Assembly: GCA_030390025.1 (NCBI GenBank)
Contig: CM059432.1
Coordinates: forward strand, 42,224,001-42,288,000
DNA length: 64,000 nucleotides
Reading direction: 5' to 3'
DNA from: Squalus acanthias
Lineage: Eukaryota
Positions 38,616 through 52,260 of the stretch are shown piece by piece. The notes under the pieces were generated by a model. It was not told the DNA's origin and did no database searches. It saw only the letters and a program-made list of their open reading frames with translations. The first letter of the stretch is position 1. Each line of letters opens with the position of its first letter. The position numbers and the translations under genes were made by a program.

Positions 38616-40188
38616 AGTGAGAGAGGAAATATTAAGGGATGTAACATCTTTGAAAGTAGCTAAGTCACTAGGCCAAGATGAAATGTATCCCAGGCTGTTA
38701 AGAGAAGCAAGGGAGGAAATAGTGGAGGCTCTGACAAGCATTTTCCAGCTGTGGTGCCAGAGGACTGGAGGACTGCTAATGTTGTACCATTGTTTGAAAA
38801 GAGAGAAAGGGACAGATCAAGTAATTATAGGCCTGTTGGCCTAACCTCGGTGGTGGGCAAATTATTGGAATAAATTCTGAGGAACAGTATTAATTGTCAT
38901 TTAGAAAGGCACAGATTAATCAAGGACAGTCAGCGTTGATTTGTTAAGGAAAGGTCATGTCTGACTAACTTGAATTTTTTGAGGAGGTAACAAGGAGGGT
39001 TGATGATGGTAGCGCGTTTGATGTAGTCTGCATGGATTTTAGCAAAGCTTTTGACAAGGCCCCATATGGCAGACTGGTCAGAAAAGTAAAAGCCCATGGG
39101 ATCCAACGGAAAAAGTGGCAAGTTGGATCCAAAATTGGTTCAATGGCAGGAAACAAAGGGTCAACAGGTGTTTTTGTGACTGGAAGGCTCTTGATAGTGG
39201 GGTTCCGCAGGGCTCCGTACTAGGTCCCTTGCTTTTTGTGATATATATCAATGCTTTAGACTTTAATGATTAAGAAGTTTGCAGATGATACAAAAATTGG
39301 CCGTGTGGTTGATAGTGAGGAAGAAAACTGTAAACTGCAGGAATATATCACCAATGGACTGGTGAGGTGGGCAGAAAAGTGGCAAATCCAATTCAATCTG
39401 GAGAAGTGTGTATTTGGGGAGGGCTAACAAGGCAAGGGAATACACAATAAATGGTAGGATACTAAGAAGTGTAGAGGAACAGCGGGACCTTGGCGTGCAT
39501 GTCTACAGATTCCTGAAGGTAGCAGGATAAGGTGGTTAAGAATACGGGATACTTTCCTTTATTAGCCGAGGCATAGAATATAAAAGCAGGGAGGTTAAAC
39601 TTGAACTGTATAAAACACTAGTTAGGCCACAGCTAGAGTACCGCGTACAGTTCTGGTCACCACATTACAGGAAAGATGTGATTGCACTAGAGAGGGTACG
39701 GAGGAGATTTACGAGGATGTTGCCAGGACAGGAGAATTTTAGCTATGGGGAAAGATTGGATAGGCTGGGGTTGTTTTCTTTGGAACGGAGAAGGTTGAGA
39801 GGAGACTTAATTGAGGTGTATAAAATTATATGAGGGGCCTAGATAGAGTGGATAGGAAGGAATTATTTCCCTTAGCAGAGAGGTCAATAACCAGGGGCCA
39901 TAGATTTAAAGTAATTGGTAAAAGGATTAGAAGGGATTTGAGGAGAACTTTTTCACCCAGGAGGGTGGTGGGGGTCTGGGACTCACTGCCTGAAAGGGTG
40001 GTAGAGGCAGAAACCCTCATTGCATTTAAAAAGTACTTGGATAAGCACTTCAAGTGCTGTAACCTACAGGGCTACGGACTAAGAGCTGGAAAGTGGGATT
40101 AGGCTGGATAACTCTTTTTCAGCCGGCACAAACATGATGGGCCAAATGGCCTCCTTCTGTGCCGTAAATTTCTATGATTCTGTGGGGA

Positions 40189-40885
40189 GGGGGGGAAATT
40201 GGGTTGCTTTGCGCCTCTCGTTAGTGCCCCCGGGGGACACTAACAAGGGGCGCAAAGTGCCTAGCGCCCGGGCAGGGCGCCGCTAACACCTCCCGCGAAA
40301 TTCAGCGGGAGGTTAGCGGCGGCGGTAGTGCCCTGCGGTGCTGCACCTCCGGCGATGACGACATCGCCGTGCGCAGCGCCTCACTCGCGCCCTGGCCGCA
40401 AACTTCGACTGCGCCCCCCTGACCTATCGCCAGACGATAGGTCCGACAGGGTCAGGGTGGCATTTTTGCAGCTGCGGTGGCGGTATTTAAAGGGTCAGTT
40501 GTCGAGCGGCCATTTTTTTTTCTGGCCGTCTGTCAGCACCTGCCCCCTTCCCCTCTTTCATTCGGGGTGCCGGCCGCGATCGCTCAGCCCGGCACTCCTC
40601 TGGAGTGCCGGGCTGTTTCCCGGCACCCTGCTCCCCGGTGGTCCAGCAGGACCCCGATGCGCACAGCGCTAGGCCCCTCCCCTTTAATTGGGGGGGGGGA
40701 GGCCTGCAATTGCACGTAGCGCCGCAATATTCAGTGGTAGCGCTCCAGGAAGGAGGGGGAGCGCTTCCAGTAGTGACCCGCCTCCTGCTCGGGGTGCTAC
40801 CACTGAATTTATGGCGCTGGGGTGCTAAAATTAGCACCCCGGCAAAGTTAGCGCCCCAAAGGGGCCGCCACCGAATTTTTCCCCC
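40189..40885. mobile_element. GC-rich Harbinger MITE inserted in the CR1 tail
   Basis: Termini GGGGGGGAAATT…AATTTTTCCCCC, with GCGC-rich subterminal repeats. Confidence 0.72.
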
Positions 40886-41649
40886 TAAGATTCTAAGAAC
40901 AGAAGGCTAGAACAAAACCAGTGTCAGGAAGGCAACAATAAAATAATTTTGATGATAATGAAAAATATGCCAATAATTTCAAAAATTCAAAACTCACAGC
41001 TTTCCATCAAAATTAAAATTCGCACAATTTTCTAAGTGGTTCGTAATCCCTTTTAAAACGTATAGTATATTAATCCCTATTTATCTTGGAACAACAGATT
41101 TCAGAGATGCGGATACAAGTATGAGCTGGCAAAATCTCCCCGATGGACTGGCACACCTCCCTGAAATCACCAGCTTAACTCCCTGATGCGATCTATTAAA
41201 AGTTGGAAGGTATGTTATTCCCACTGATATTAGAACATGATGAAAGAGATGAGTCACCATTCCCTGGAATAGGTTTCTCTGGGGTTTATTTATGTAGTCC
41301 TTCAATGTATGTTTGCATAGACCAGTTACATTAACACAATAACACACACAAAATGGATGGATTGAAGAACTTAAAATTGGCTGGGTAGGCAGGGATTGTG
41401 ATACAGACAACCTAATTAGAATTTAGTTATATATTTAGCTCAAAATTTTAAATGTTTCAATGGCATGTTACATCGGGCAGAGTGTATAACGTGCGGCCAA
41501 TCCAGTGCCACCAGTTTTACGCCCCGCTGAAGTTGAATGTTCCCCCCTCCATTTATTTACTATTATTAAGAAACCAAGGTGGCAGTTCAAAGTTCAAAGT
41601 GCAGCCACCATCAAAATTCCAAAAAATAAAGAGATTAAGTGAATCAGGC

Positions 41650-42080
41650 AGTAGTGTAGGCTTGGCTCAGTCTTAGCTCATGCCTCTGAGTCAGAAGGTT
41701 TTGGGTTGTAAGCCCAGTCCATGACTTAAGCACACAATCTAGGCTGACACTGAGGGCTTTCGACAGCGTCAGAGATGTCTTTTGGATAAGACGTAAAACT
41801 GAGGTTTTCTGTCTACTCAGCTGGATGTAAAAGATTCCATGGCACTATTTGAAGTACAGCAGAGGAGGTCTGGCCAAAATGTATCCCTCAACCAGCATCA
41901 CCAAAACAGATAACTGGCTATTGATCTCATTTGCTATCAGACTTTGCTCTGTACAAACTGGCTGTCTCATTTGCCTACATAACAACAGTGACTACATTTT
42001 AAAAGTAATTAATTGGCTGTGAAACACTTTGGGACATCCTGATGATGTGAAACGTGCTATATAAATGCATATTCTTTCTT
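41650..42080 (+). mobile_element. tRNA-headed SINE with a Deu-domain-like core
   Basis: Core GATGTAAAAGATTCCATGGCACTATTT…CTGGCCAAAATGTATCCCTC and an L2-like tail GCTATATAAATGCA. Confidence 0.6.
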
Positions 42081-42477
42081 AGTGATTACCTAATGCCCAA
42101 AATCAAAGGGAAAGTGAACAATATACATAATCCTGCCTGAGAGTACTAAGTGTACTATTGATAAGTTTTCCAACTTATACAATCTTGAACAAGCACACAT
42201 TTCCATAAAGAAGCAAAAATTATCTCATAAAATTCTCAAATGACAAAATGAAGGGGAGAGCAGTTCGCCATGATTGACCTGGACAACAGCCAATTCAGAG
42301 AAGTCTTATGTCTGCAGTGATTCAGGGAATGCAGAAAGCTGATATGCTGTGGGATGAAATGTAAAGTGCTTTGACGACCTGCAACACTCTGGGGACTAAG
42401 CAGCCTTTATATGGCTGCAGATACATCCTGCGCTCTCTGCTATTCATAACTGACCTTTCGAACGGAAGTTCCTTGAC

Positions 42478-42817
42478 AGCTGGGGCGCATCCCTTTAAGC
42501 AGCGCCCCACCAGCTGCTTGCCGCCAGCCGGCTGGTTCACACCTCCACTCCCTGGCGCTGTCGGCGCGAGGCGGTAAGGCAGGGGGCGCTACTGAAGTTT
42601 GCAAATCAGGCGCCCAGCGAGTGTTGCACACTCGCTGACGTCACGATCTGCATGGTGAAAGGGACCGAGCTGCTAACTGTTATCGCCGGCGCTACGGGGC
42701 CGGCGAATTTGCCGTGCGGCGCGGGATTCGCCCCGCCATGGCGCTGCTGCCTGAGCGCCCCGTTAGTGCCCCCGCCAGGCACTAACTGGGGGCGCTGGAC
42801 TACTGAATTTCGCCCCC
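42478..42817 (+). mobile_element. Harbinger family A right-end fragment
   Basis: GCGGTAAGGCAGGGGGCGC and TGACGTCAC are shared with 59882-59960. Ends GAATTTCGCCCCC. Confidence 0.7.
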
Positions 42818-43639
42818 CTTATTTCCTGTTTTCAAAGGAACTCACATTTTTGTCACAATTTTGTATCAACTATTTCCATTATAAACTCCTATGTCTACAA
42901 TTATAATGGAAACTTCCTGTGTAAACTTGTCACGTTGTAATTTCAATCCTCCACTGTAGTGTCTCAGTTTTGTGTTTCCCAGCTCCTCAGCCTGTAATGC
43001 AAATAAACTCCTATGCTTCTACAATCTCGACTCCTCTGCTTCCCAAATTACTCTGTTTTGCTGTTTAACTATAAATAATAACACAAAGTCTAATCCCGCT
43101 TCACTTGGAGGCTACATTTGGTCTAGGTTCCTCATGTGGTACCATGGGACATTGACTAATAATTCAAATTTATCTTCCGTCCAAGTTTAAATCATTTGGG
43201 AAAACAAATCGTAATAGCCTTCAACTTTCCTACTGAAAAATTAAATCCATTATCAATAAACAATCTTTGCTTTGCTCTCTAAGGGCTCGAAATTACATTG
43301 CAGATGTGCTGCTGTGCAAGGGGATTTTACACAGTGCGCTTTACACCACTGGTGCATTTCGCTTGTGAGTGTAAGATCTTACCATCATCGATTGACCTCA
43401 CATAAATATAACTAGCTAGTTAACAGTGAGTCTAGTTGATTTCTCACTTATAAACTTTAAGGAAACTTATATATTTTTTTGCCAGAATCATTATTATAAT
43501 ATTCATGAATTTTTGTTGATTATGTTTGTGGACTTGAGACCTTCCTGGGACTGCTGCTTTTAATGAATGAAGTGTTCTGAAGGGTTATACATTGAAATTA
43601 CTGGAGCATCCTGGCTATTATAGATGTATAGCTATATTA

Positions 43640-44700
43640 TGATCAGACATTAAAGTCTTTGGATGAGTTTGTCTTGCAGCTGGCTCCCAACAGCTGTCTG
43701 TGACCTTGCTGTGTCCTCATCAGGTATGATTCCTTCTCTCTCGGGGGGTTCAGCTTGTGACTCAGTCTCCTCAGCAATCTCACTTTCCAGGCCTTTTTGA
43801 AGAGTGGAATTGTGGAGAACATAACAGGCCACCACAATTTGCATGACAATATCGGGAGCATACTGCAGGGAGCCCTCGGATCTATCTAGGCATATGAATT
43901 TTCCCTTCAGCATGCCAATGATCTGTTCAATTTTGATCCAACTGCAGACACGAGCCTTATTGTAGCCTTCCTCTGCTTCATTGATGTTGCTGCTTGATGG
44001 TTTTAGAAGCCGCAGTAGTCTTGGATACCCCTTGTTTCCAAGAAGCCAGCCGGGCACCTTGCCCTTGATTCTAAAAGAGTGTCGTGACAGAGGAGTGCCA
44101 CAGGATGAATGAATGAATCATGGCAGCTCTCTGTATACTGGGCATTGATGTGCAGAAAGCTATGCCTGTTGTCACATTAATTGGACACTAAGGGAGTGAA
44201 ATCCCTTTTCGTTCATATAATGGTGTGTGTTGACAGTAGGGGCTTGCATGGCCACATAAATGCAATATATAGCTCAAAGCACTCATGGAAACCTTGCAAT
44301 CTAATCAAAATTAATGGCCTGCTCAGCCATTTCTCTTGGTACAGCATCAAATGTAATGAACTGAGATGCCCTAGCAAATAGGGCATTAATTATCTACCTT
44401 GTGCAAGAAAGGACAGCAAATTGACTGACCAGGCAGAAGTCACCTGATACTCCTTGGAATGATCCAGTGGCCAACAAAGTAAATGCTGTTGTGACTTTCT
44501 GAGCCACAGCAAGTGCTGCCCTGGTTCTTGATGAAGTTTGCAGATCTCCCCATAGGATGGAACATAACTCTTCTAGGCTTTCTGAACTATAGCTTCTTTA
44601 TGCATAACTCCAGGCATATATTTAAATAAGATCTTTTGTGCCTCTACACGCGGGCGGCTGGGTATCTGCTGGAAGGGCTAGATCTCGTGCTGTGCTGCAC
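43640..44700 (-). pseudogene. Old Harbinger transposase pseudogene (TIR-like GGGCTCGAAATT at 43283, preceded by TAA)
   Basis: Motifs WLLGNKGY…IEQIIGMLKGKF…LQYAP…ACYVLHN, with KVTTAFTLLATGSFQ upstream. The N-terminal part is interrupted by the LINE. Confidence 0.8.
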
Positions 44701-47700
44701 GGGAACGGTAGTATAGTGGTAATGTCACTGGGCTAATAATCCAGCAGGCCTAGACTAATGATCCAAAGAGGTGAGTTCAAATCCCACCGTGGCAGCTGGG
44801 GAATTTAAATTCAGTTAATTAAATAAATCGTGAATAAAAAGCTAGTATCAGTAATGGTAACCATGAAAATATCGGATTGATGTAAAAACCCATCTGGTTC
44901 ACTAATGTCCTTTAGGGAAGGAAATCTGCCATCCTTACCTGGTCTGGCCTATATGTGACTCCAGACCCGCAGCACTGTGGTTGACTCTTAATTGCCCTCT
45001 GAAATGGCCAGCAAGCCACTCAATTGTAACAAACCACTTCGAAACACAATAATAAGAATGAAACCGGATGGACCACCTGGCATCGACCTTGGCACTGGCA
45101 ACAGCACACCCTGCCCAGTCGACCCTGCAACGACCTCCTCACCAACATCTGGGGACTTGTCCCACAGACTAGTCAAGCAACAGCCTGAGATAGTCATTCT
45201 CACAGAATCATACCTTTAAGCCAATGTCCCAAACTCCTCCATCACCATCTCTGGGTATGTCCTGTCCCAGCGGCAGGACAGACCTACCAGGGGTGGTGGC
45301 ACAGTGGTATACAGTCAGGAAGGAGTGGCCCTGGGAGTCCTCAAAATTGAATCCGGATCCCATGAAGTCTCATGGCTTCAGATCAAGCATGGGCAAGGAA
45401 ACCTCCTGCTGATTACCACCTACTGCCCTCCCTCAGCTGATGAATCAGTACTCCTCCATGTTGAACACCACTTGGAACAAGCACTGAGAGTAGCAAGGGC
45501 ACAGAATATACTCTGGGTGGGGGACTTCGATTTCCATCACCAAGAGTGGCTCGGTAGCACCACTGTTGACTGAGTCCTGAAGGGCATAGCTGCCAGTCTG
45601 GGCCTGTGACAGGTGGTGAGAGAACCAACACGAGGGAAAAACCTACTTGACCTTGTCGTCACCGATGTATCTGTCCATGACAGTATTGGTAGCAGTGAAC
45701 ACCGCACAGTCATTGTGGAGACGAAGTCCCGTCTTCACACTGAGGACACCCTCCATCATGTTGTGTGGCACTACCACCGTGCTAAATGGGATAGATTCAG
45801 AACAGATCTAGCAGCTCAAAACTGGGCATCCATGAGGCGCTGTGGGCCATCAGCAGCAGCAGAATTGTATTCCACCACAATCTGTAACCTCATAGCTTGG
45901 CAAATCCCTGACTCTACCATTACCATCAAGCCAGGGGACCAACCCTGGTTCAATAAGGAGTGTAGAAGAGCATGCTAGGAGCAGCACCAGGCGTACCTAA
46001 AAATGAGGTGGGAAGCTGCAACACAGGACTACATGCATGCTAAAAAGCGGAAGCAGCATGCTATAGACAGGGCTAAGCGATCCCACAATCAACGGATCAG
46101 ATCAGATCAAAGCTCTGCAGTCCTGCCACATCCAGTCGTGAATGGTGGTGGACCATTAATCAACTAACGGGAGGAGGAGGCTCCATGAATATTCCCATCC
46201 TCAATGATGGTGGAGCCCAGCAGGCGAGTGCAAAAGACAAGGCTGAAGCATTTGCAACCATCTTCAGCCAGAAGTGCCGAGTGGATGATCCATATCGGCC
46301 TACTCCTGAGGTCCCCACCATCACAGAAGCCAGTCTTCAGCCAACTCGATTCACTCCATGTGATATCACGAAACGGCTAAGCGCACTGGATACAGCAAAG
46401 GCTATGGGTGATGACAACATTCCAGCTGTCGTGCTGAAGACTTGTGCTCCAGAACTAGCCGCGCCTCTAGCCAAGCTGTTCCAGTACAGCTACAACACTG
46501 GCATCTATCCGACAATGTGGAAAACTGCCCAGGTATGTCCTGTCCACAAAAAGCAGGACAAATCCAATCCGGCCAATTACCGCCCCATCAGTCTACTCTC
46601 AATCATCAGCAAAGTGATGGAAGGTGTTGTCGACAGTGCTATCAAGTGGCACTTACTCACCAATAACCTGCTCACTGATGCCCAGTTTGGGTTCCGCCAA
46701 GACCACTCAGCTCCTGACCTCATTACAGCCTTGGTCCAAACATGGACAAAGGAGCTGAATTGGTGAGGTGAGAGTGATTACCCTTGACATCAAGGCAGCA
46801 TTTGACCGAGTGTGGCATGAAGGAGCCCTAGTAAAACTGAAGTCAATGGGAATCGGGGGGAAAACTTTTCACTGGCTGGAGTCATACCTAGCACAAAGGA
46901 AGATGGTTGTGGTGATTGAATGCCAATCATCACAGCCCCAGGACATCGCTGCAGGAGTTCCTCAGGGCAGTGTCCCAGGCCCAACCATCTTCAGCTGCTT
47001 CATCAATGACCTTCCCTCCAATATAAGGTCAGAAATAGGGATGTTCGTTGATGACTGCACAGTGTTCAGTATCATTCACAACTCCTCAGATAATGAAGCA
47101 GTCCATGCCCGCATGCAACAAGACCTGGATGACGTTCAGGTTTGGGCTGATAAGTGGCAAGTAACATTCGCGCCACAGAAGTGGCAGGCAATGACTATCT
47201 CTAACAAGCGAGAGTCTAACCACCGCCCCTTGACATTCAATGGCATTACCATCGCCGAATCCCACACCATCAACATCCTGGGGGTCACCATTGACCAGAA
47301 ACTTAACTGGACCAGTCACATAAATACTGTGGCAACAAGAGCAGGTCAGAGGCTAGGTATTCTGTGGCGAGTGTCTCACCTCCTGACTCCCCAAAGCCTT
47401 TTTACCATCTACAAGGCACAAGTAAGGAGTGTGATGGAATACTCTCTACTTACCTAGATGAGTGCAGCTCCAACAACACTCAAGAAGCTCAACACCATAC
47501 AGGACAAAGCAGCCCGTTTGATTGGCACCCCATCTACCACCTTAAAAATTCACTCCCTCCACCACTGGCGTACCGTGGCTGCAGTGTGTACCATCTACAA
47601 GATACACTGCAGCAACTCGCCAAGGCTTCTTCGGCAGTACCTCCCAAACCCGCGACCGCTTCCACCTAGAAGGACAAGGGCAGCAGGCACATGGGAACAC

Positions 47701-47948
47701 CACCACCTCCAAGTTTCCCTCCAAGTCACACACCATCCTGACTTAGAAGTATATCGCCAATCCTTCATCGTTGCTGGGTCAAAATCCTGGAACTCCTTAC
47801 CTAACAGCATTGTGGGAGTACCTTCACCACACGGACTGCAGCGGTTCAAGAAGGCGGCTCACCACCACCTTCTCGAGGGCAGCTAGGGATGGGCAATAAA
47901 TGCTGGCCTTGCCAGCAACGTCCACATCCCATAAATGAATTTTTAAAA
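44701..47948 (+). mobile_element. CR1-group non-LTR retrotransposon (APE plus RT, decayed) with a tRNA-derived 5' head and no visible ORF1
   Basis: APE motifs IVILTES, WVGDF and NLLDL. RT motifs YRPISLLS, QFGFR, LDIKAAFDRVWH, GVPQGSV and FVDD. A-box at 44709-44719 and B-box at 44773-44783. Confidence 0.88.
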
Positions 47949-48621
47949 GGTGTTATTGTTGAAGTTACATCAGAACTAGAAGGTTTATTTTTCAGAGGGT
48001 CTGTTGTAAGTGTCTGTTTTTTTATTAGTTGAAATAATCCTTTAAAGCTGGCATACATGTGTGAACCATGTGTACCATACCATAATAACTAATCCAATGC
48101 AGCTCAAAAACTGTAGCTTTGTGCCATTTCTATTACAGCCTCAGTAGACTGAAATGATTGCCTGGATGCAAACTGTTTAATTGCTGGAAAATGTCAGACT
48201 TTGTTTGTCTTCAGGAGACAATGAACATCAACCAGTCTGAACTGAATGTAAACACATTTCATTTTTCTGAAAAATAAATAGTTACGTGTCTAGGAGCTGT
48301 TGTGGATATAAAACGGACATTAATCTTGTCAGTGAAGAACGTTTCATCTAACAGAGCTGTGCATTACCAATGGATAGGGGTACACACATAATCCAATCCA
48401 GAAAAACAGAAACATTTATTCAACCAAGCATAGAGTTGGAATGCATTTAATAAATTCCATCCCATTCATTCCCACTAAATTCTTGATTCAAGTGTGACGT
48501 TTTAGCACCCAGTCGTGTTTCTGACATATCCATTTTTTATTAACATTCACCTCATTAAATATATTCATCCCACTGCCAAAGTCCACCTTGAGATTGAAGG
48601 AGGTTTTGTATACAATACAGA

Positions 48622-49178
48622 GCATCATAGAATCATAGAATAGTACAACACAGAAGGAGGACATTTGGCCCATCGAGTCTGTGCCAGCTCTTTCAAAAAG
48701 CAATCCAGTCACTGACCCATCCCTGCTCTTTCCTCATATCTCTGCTATTTTTCTCCTTCAAGTATTTATCCAATTCCCTTTTGAAGGCTACTATTGAATC
48801 TGTATCCACCACTCTATCAGGCACTGCATTCCAAATCCTAAAGTTTTTCCTCATGTCGCCTCTGGTTCTTTTGTCAATCACCTTAAATCTGTGCCCTCTG
48901 GTTACTGACCCTTCAGCCATTGGAAACTGTTTCTCTTTATTTACTCTATCTAAACCCTTCATGATTATCAACACCTCTATCATATCTCTTCCTAGCCTTC
49001 TCTGCTCTAAGGAGAACAACCCCAGCTTCTCCAGTCTGTCCACGTAACTGTAATCCCTTAACCCTGGAACCATTCTAGTTAATCTCTTCTGTACCCTCTC
49101 CAAAGCCTTCACGTCCTTCCTAAAATGCGGTGCCCAGAATTGGACGCAATACTCCAGCTGGGGCCGAACTAGTGTTTG
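48622..49178 (-). mobile_element. CR1 3' fragment
   Basis: Translation KALERVQKRLTRMVPGL…LEKLGLFSLE, followed by a GATTCTAT tail. Confidence 0.88.
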
Positions 49179-51761
49179 TAATAGTGCTGTTAAAAATGAT
49201 TGAGTAAATATGGTGTGGTTGGAATAAAAGAATTAGCAAATTACCTATTTTCATCTGAAGTTTATAAAGAACCTAGACTTGATGCTGGCCCGAAGGTAAA
49301 AATTCTTGACAGTCTAGCTATGCATTTACCAGAATGAAACTGCTCCGAGCTCTATCCAGTGATGACTAGATTCTTACTTTCCAACAATTTTCTCAATCTG
49401 GAACTTTGTGTGTAGCAGGAACGTGCTGCACAATTCAGAGGGCAGTTAATTAGCAATAAAATTGCGGTATGTTCAATGAATTGTGGCAGACTTTGGAAAT
49501 GATTTAAAAGTTTTCAATAGCTGTTAGGAATGCCGTTTTACCCCATGTTCATGGTAGATATGTTTTGTGATAAGGCATCGCAGTTATTTGCCCATACTGC
49601 TGGATAGGGCCTTATTTCCAATGATCTTAGATGATTTGCATGAAAATAATCATGGCTTTTTTCAGCAATGTCATTTCTTTTTCTCCCATGGTTTTATGAT
49701 TTAACTACGAGAGACAAATATGGAAGTGGAATAATGAGCTTTATTGTGGGGGGAAATTGTTCAGAGCATATACTTAAGATCTCCATATTCTTCCTATCAC
49801 TTGAAGTATTTCATATGTGGTCTGACTGTCTAGTGGTACAATTAAGTCTGCTGTAAATGACACTGATATGGCTGAGCATGTCCTCTGGTAAAGGATGACT
49901 TGTGAATCATATGGATAGTGAAGAAAGTGGATGATGTTCTTGATTAATGACAGTTCAGAGGGGCCCCATCTCTGATCTAATTATAATTATTTTAAACAAA
50001 ATTCCATCTGTAAAAAAATTCAGAAGATTTGTGTTTAGTAATAACTAAACAAACAAAGCAGTGTATGTGAAAATAAAAAGAAAAGCCACAATTGCTGAAA
50101 TATTGTAACAAATATAATGCTGGTCAGGCAACATCTATACAAGTATTGTTGAAGACCTTTATCTTTTATAACAATAATGTACAACCTTATTATACCAGAG
50201 ACTATAATTGGAATAGAAAGGACAGTCTACTGTTTCTATGTGAATCATTTTATTTTTGAAAATTATTTCTATGTTACAGTAAGCAGCTCTTCCAATGGCT
50301 TAGTAACTAAGCAATTTGATACTGAACTATACAGGGCACGCAGCTCCAATGTTCAACTTAGTGGTGGAAGTCACAATTAACCTCAGCACCCCTGGGCAAG
50401 GGAGATGAAAGATGCAGCCTGAGTGGGTCCTGCTTACTGTCAAAGTGCAAGTGTGGCCATTGGGGAAAGACAGGATCAGGCTGAAATGGAATATCTTCCA
50501 TGATCAAATGACCTGCCAACGCTTATTGTCTAAGATTACACATGAAGAATGGGCAATTGGACAAGGTACTGGAGGGCAACCAGTGCCTCTATAACTGTAC
50601 AGGAGCAACAATCAGTGCCTTCAGAAGAAATTTGGGGAAAAAAATAATTTAAATACTACGGTAACTATACTCACAACTCTGCTTCCAAGCACACAGGCAT
50701 CACTGCTTGGGTGAGTCTGAATCTCGGAGACTAGCCTGACAGTGACAGGTAGTGAAAAATGGATGATGCATCTTTATAGGAAGTGATTGTATCATATTAT
50801 TATACCACTGTTCTTTTCAAGTGTGGCAGACTGCAACGGGTACAGACTGTGAGGAAAGATAAAAATGTGAGAAAGACACATCTTTACCCAGAGAATCAGT
50901 GTTACAGGTGGTGTGTAATACAGTGGGCTACAGCAGAGGTTACTATTCACAGAACGAACTGCTGCCACCAACATAAATCATCTCTTCTCAGCCTCGGAAT
51001 GAGTAATTGTGCCCCAGAGACCAATTTTCTGTAGAAAGTGCCCCACAAATCCTCAGCAATCCCCTGAGATACTCATTGTCATCGTATTGACTGCGTTTTA
51101 TTTATTCGCTATTTGAACAGGCCAGGGGACCGCCAGGATAGTCCAATAAAATGGATCGTACCTAATTGACAAGTGCTGAGAAAACCTGAATAGCTGTGGT
51201 CTCGGTGTGAAGCACTGAAAGTGACAAAAATAGGAACAGTCCATGTGAAGCCGTTTACTGAAGAAACTCTATTGTTTTGCATTAAACCTTAACCATTGTG
51301 TTCTTCAGCGGCATTTCGCACTAAAATTGACAATAGCTTTTTCACCTTGTGAACTGTTGCTCTTGCAGGAACACTTTTCACTTCAGTATTCCATAATTGT
51401 CTTCATTAATATATTCACACTGGTATTTTTAGAATAGACTATATTTGCCAGACAACTAATATTCTGATGGATTCTAGTTTCTCAGTAAGGAACAAACCCC
51501 ACAGAGAACAGATAGACTACAGGAAGCTATAGATGTAGCCAAACAAAATGACAGCATTTTTAAGTTGCTTTAAGCTATTTACTGGGTTTCATAATAATTA
51601 AAAGAAAGGACTGAAAAGGAGTACATGCTTTTCACATGTATAAATATATCTGTAATATGTTTAAAGTCTTGTATCTAGTGTGCACATCCTATTGTATCAC
51701 CTTTGCCACCACACTTTGTTGATTGGTTCAAAGTAAAACAGTAGCAAATCTGAACTGAATA

Positions 51762-52161
51762 GGTGAGAATGTATGGATAAAATGTAAGTAAAATATACTA
51801 TGTATAAAATTAAAAGGGACATAATCGTAAAAATTAAAGCGGGGCCATTTGGGAGTGAAATCAAGCACTTCTTCATAGAAAGGGTAGTAGAAATCTGGAA
51901 CTCGGTATCACAAAAGACTGAGATCGATAGAATTTTGTTAGGTAAGGATATCAAGGGATATGAATCAAAGACGGGGAAATGGGGTTGAGGTACAGATCAG
52001 GCCTGATCTGATTGAATGGCAGAACATTCTCAAGGGGCTAAATGATCTACCCCTGTCCCTCTGTTCTTATAAAATGGCTGGAAAATTACCAGTGAGAAAC
52101 TACGATAGAATTATATATATAAATTTTGAATGACCAGCAAGGAGATCCTAGCAATAACAAT
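51762..52161 (+). repeat. Segment (CR1 3' piece plus non-repeat flanks) duplicated in inverted orientation at 62259-62696
   Basis: The reverse-complement match extends beyond the CR1 piece on both sides. Confidence 0.88.
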
Positions 52162-52260
52162 AAAGAATTAAAAAAGAAAAAAATAAGGTGAACCAATCCA
52201 TTCATTCAAAATACTTTAAAATAAATCAAATGCCATATTATCTAGTAATTGAAATATATC

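Larger units (their letters stand above)
33803..40183 (+). mobile_element. Long decayed CR1 LINE (ORF1 esterase end, ORF2 APE-RT) with three nested insertions
   Basis: ORF1 WCRREGFGFL…DGLHLN (SGNH esterase). ORF2 YFNARSLVNK…IAITETWL, DFSKAFDK, KFADDTK and VVGVWDSLP. Many frameshifts; GATTCT tail. Confidence 0.88.
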
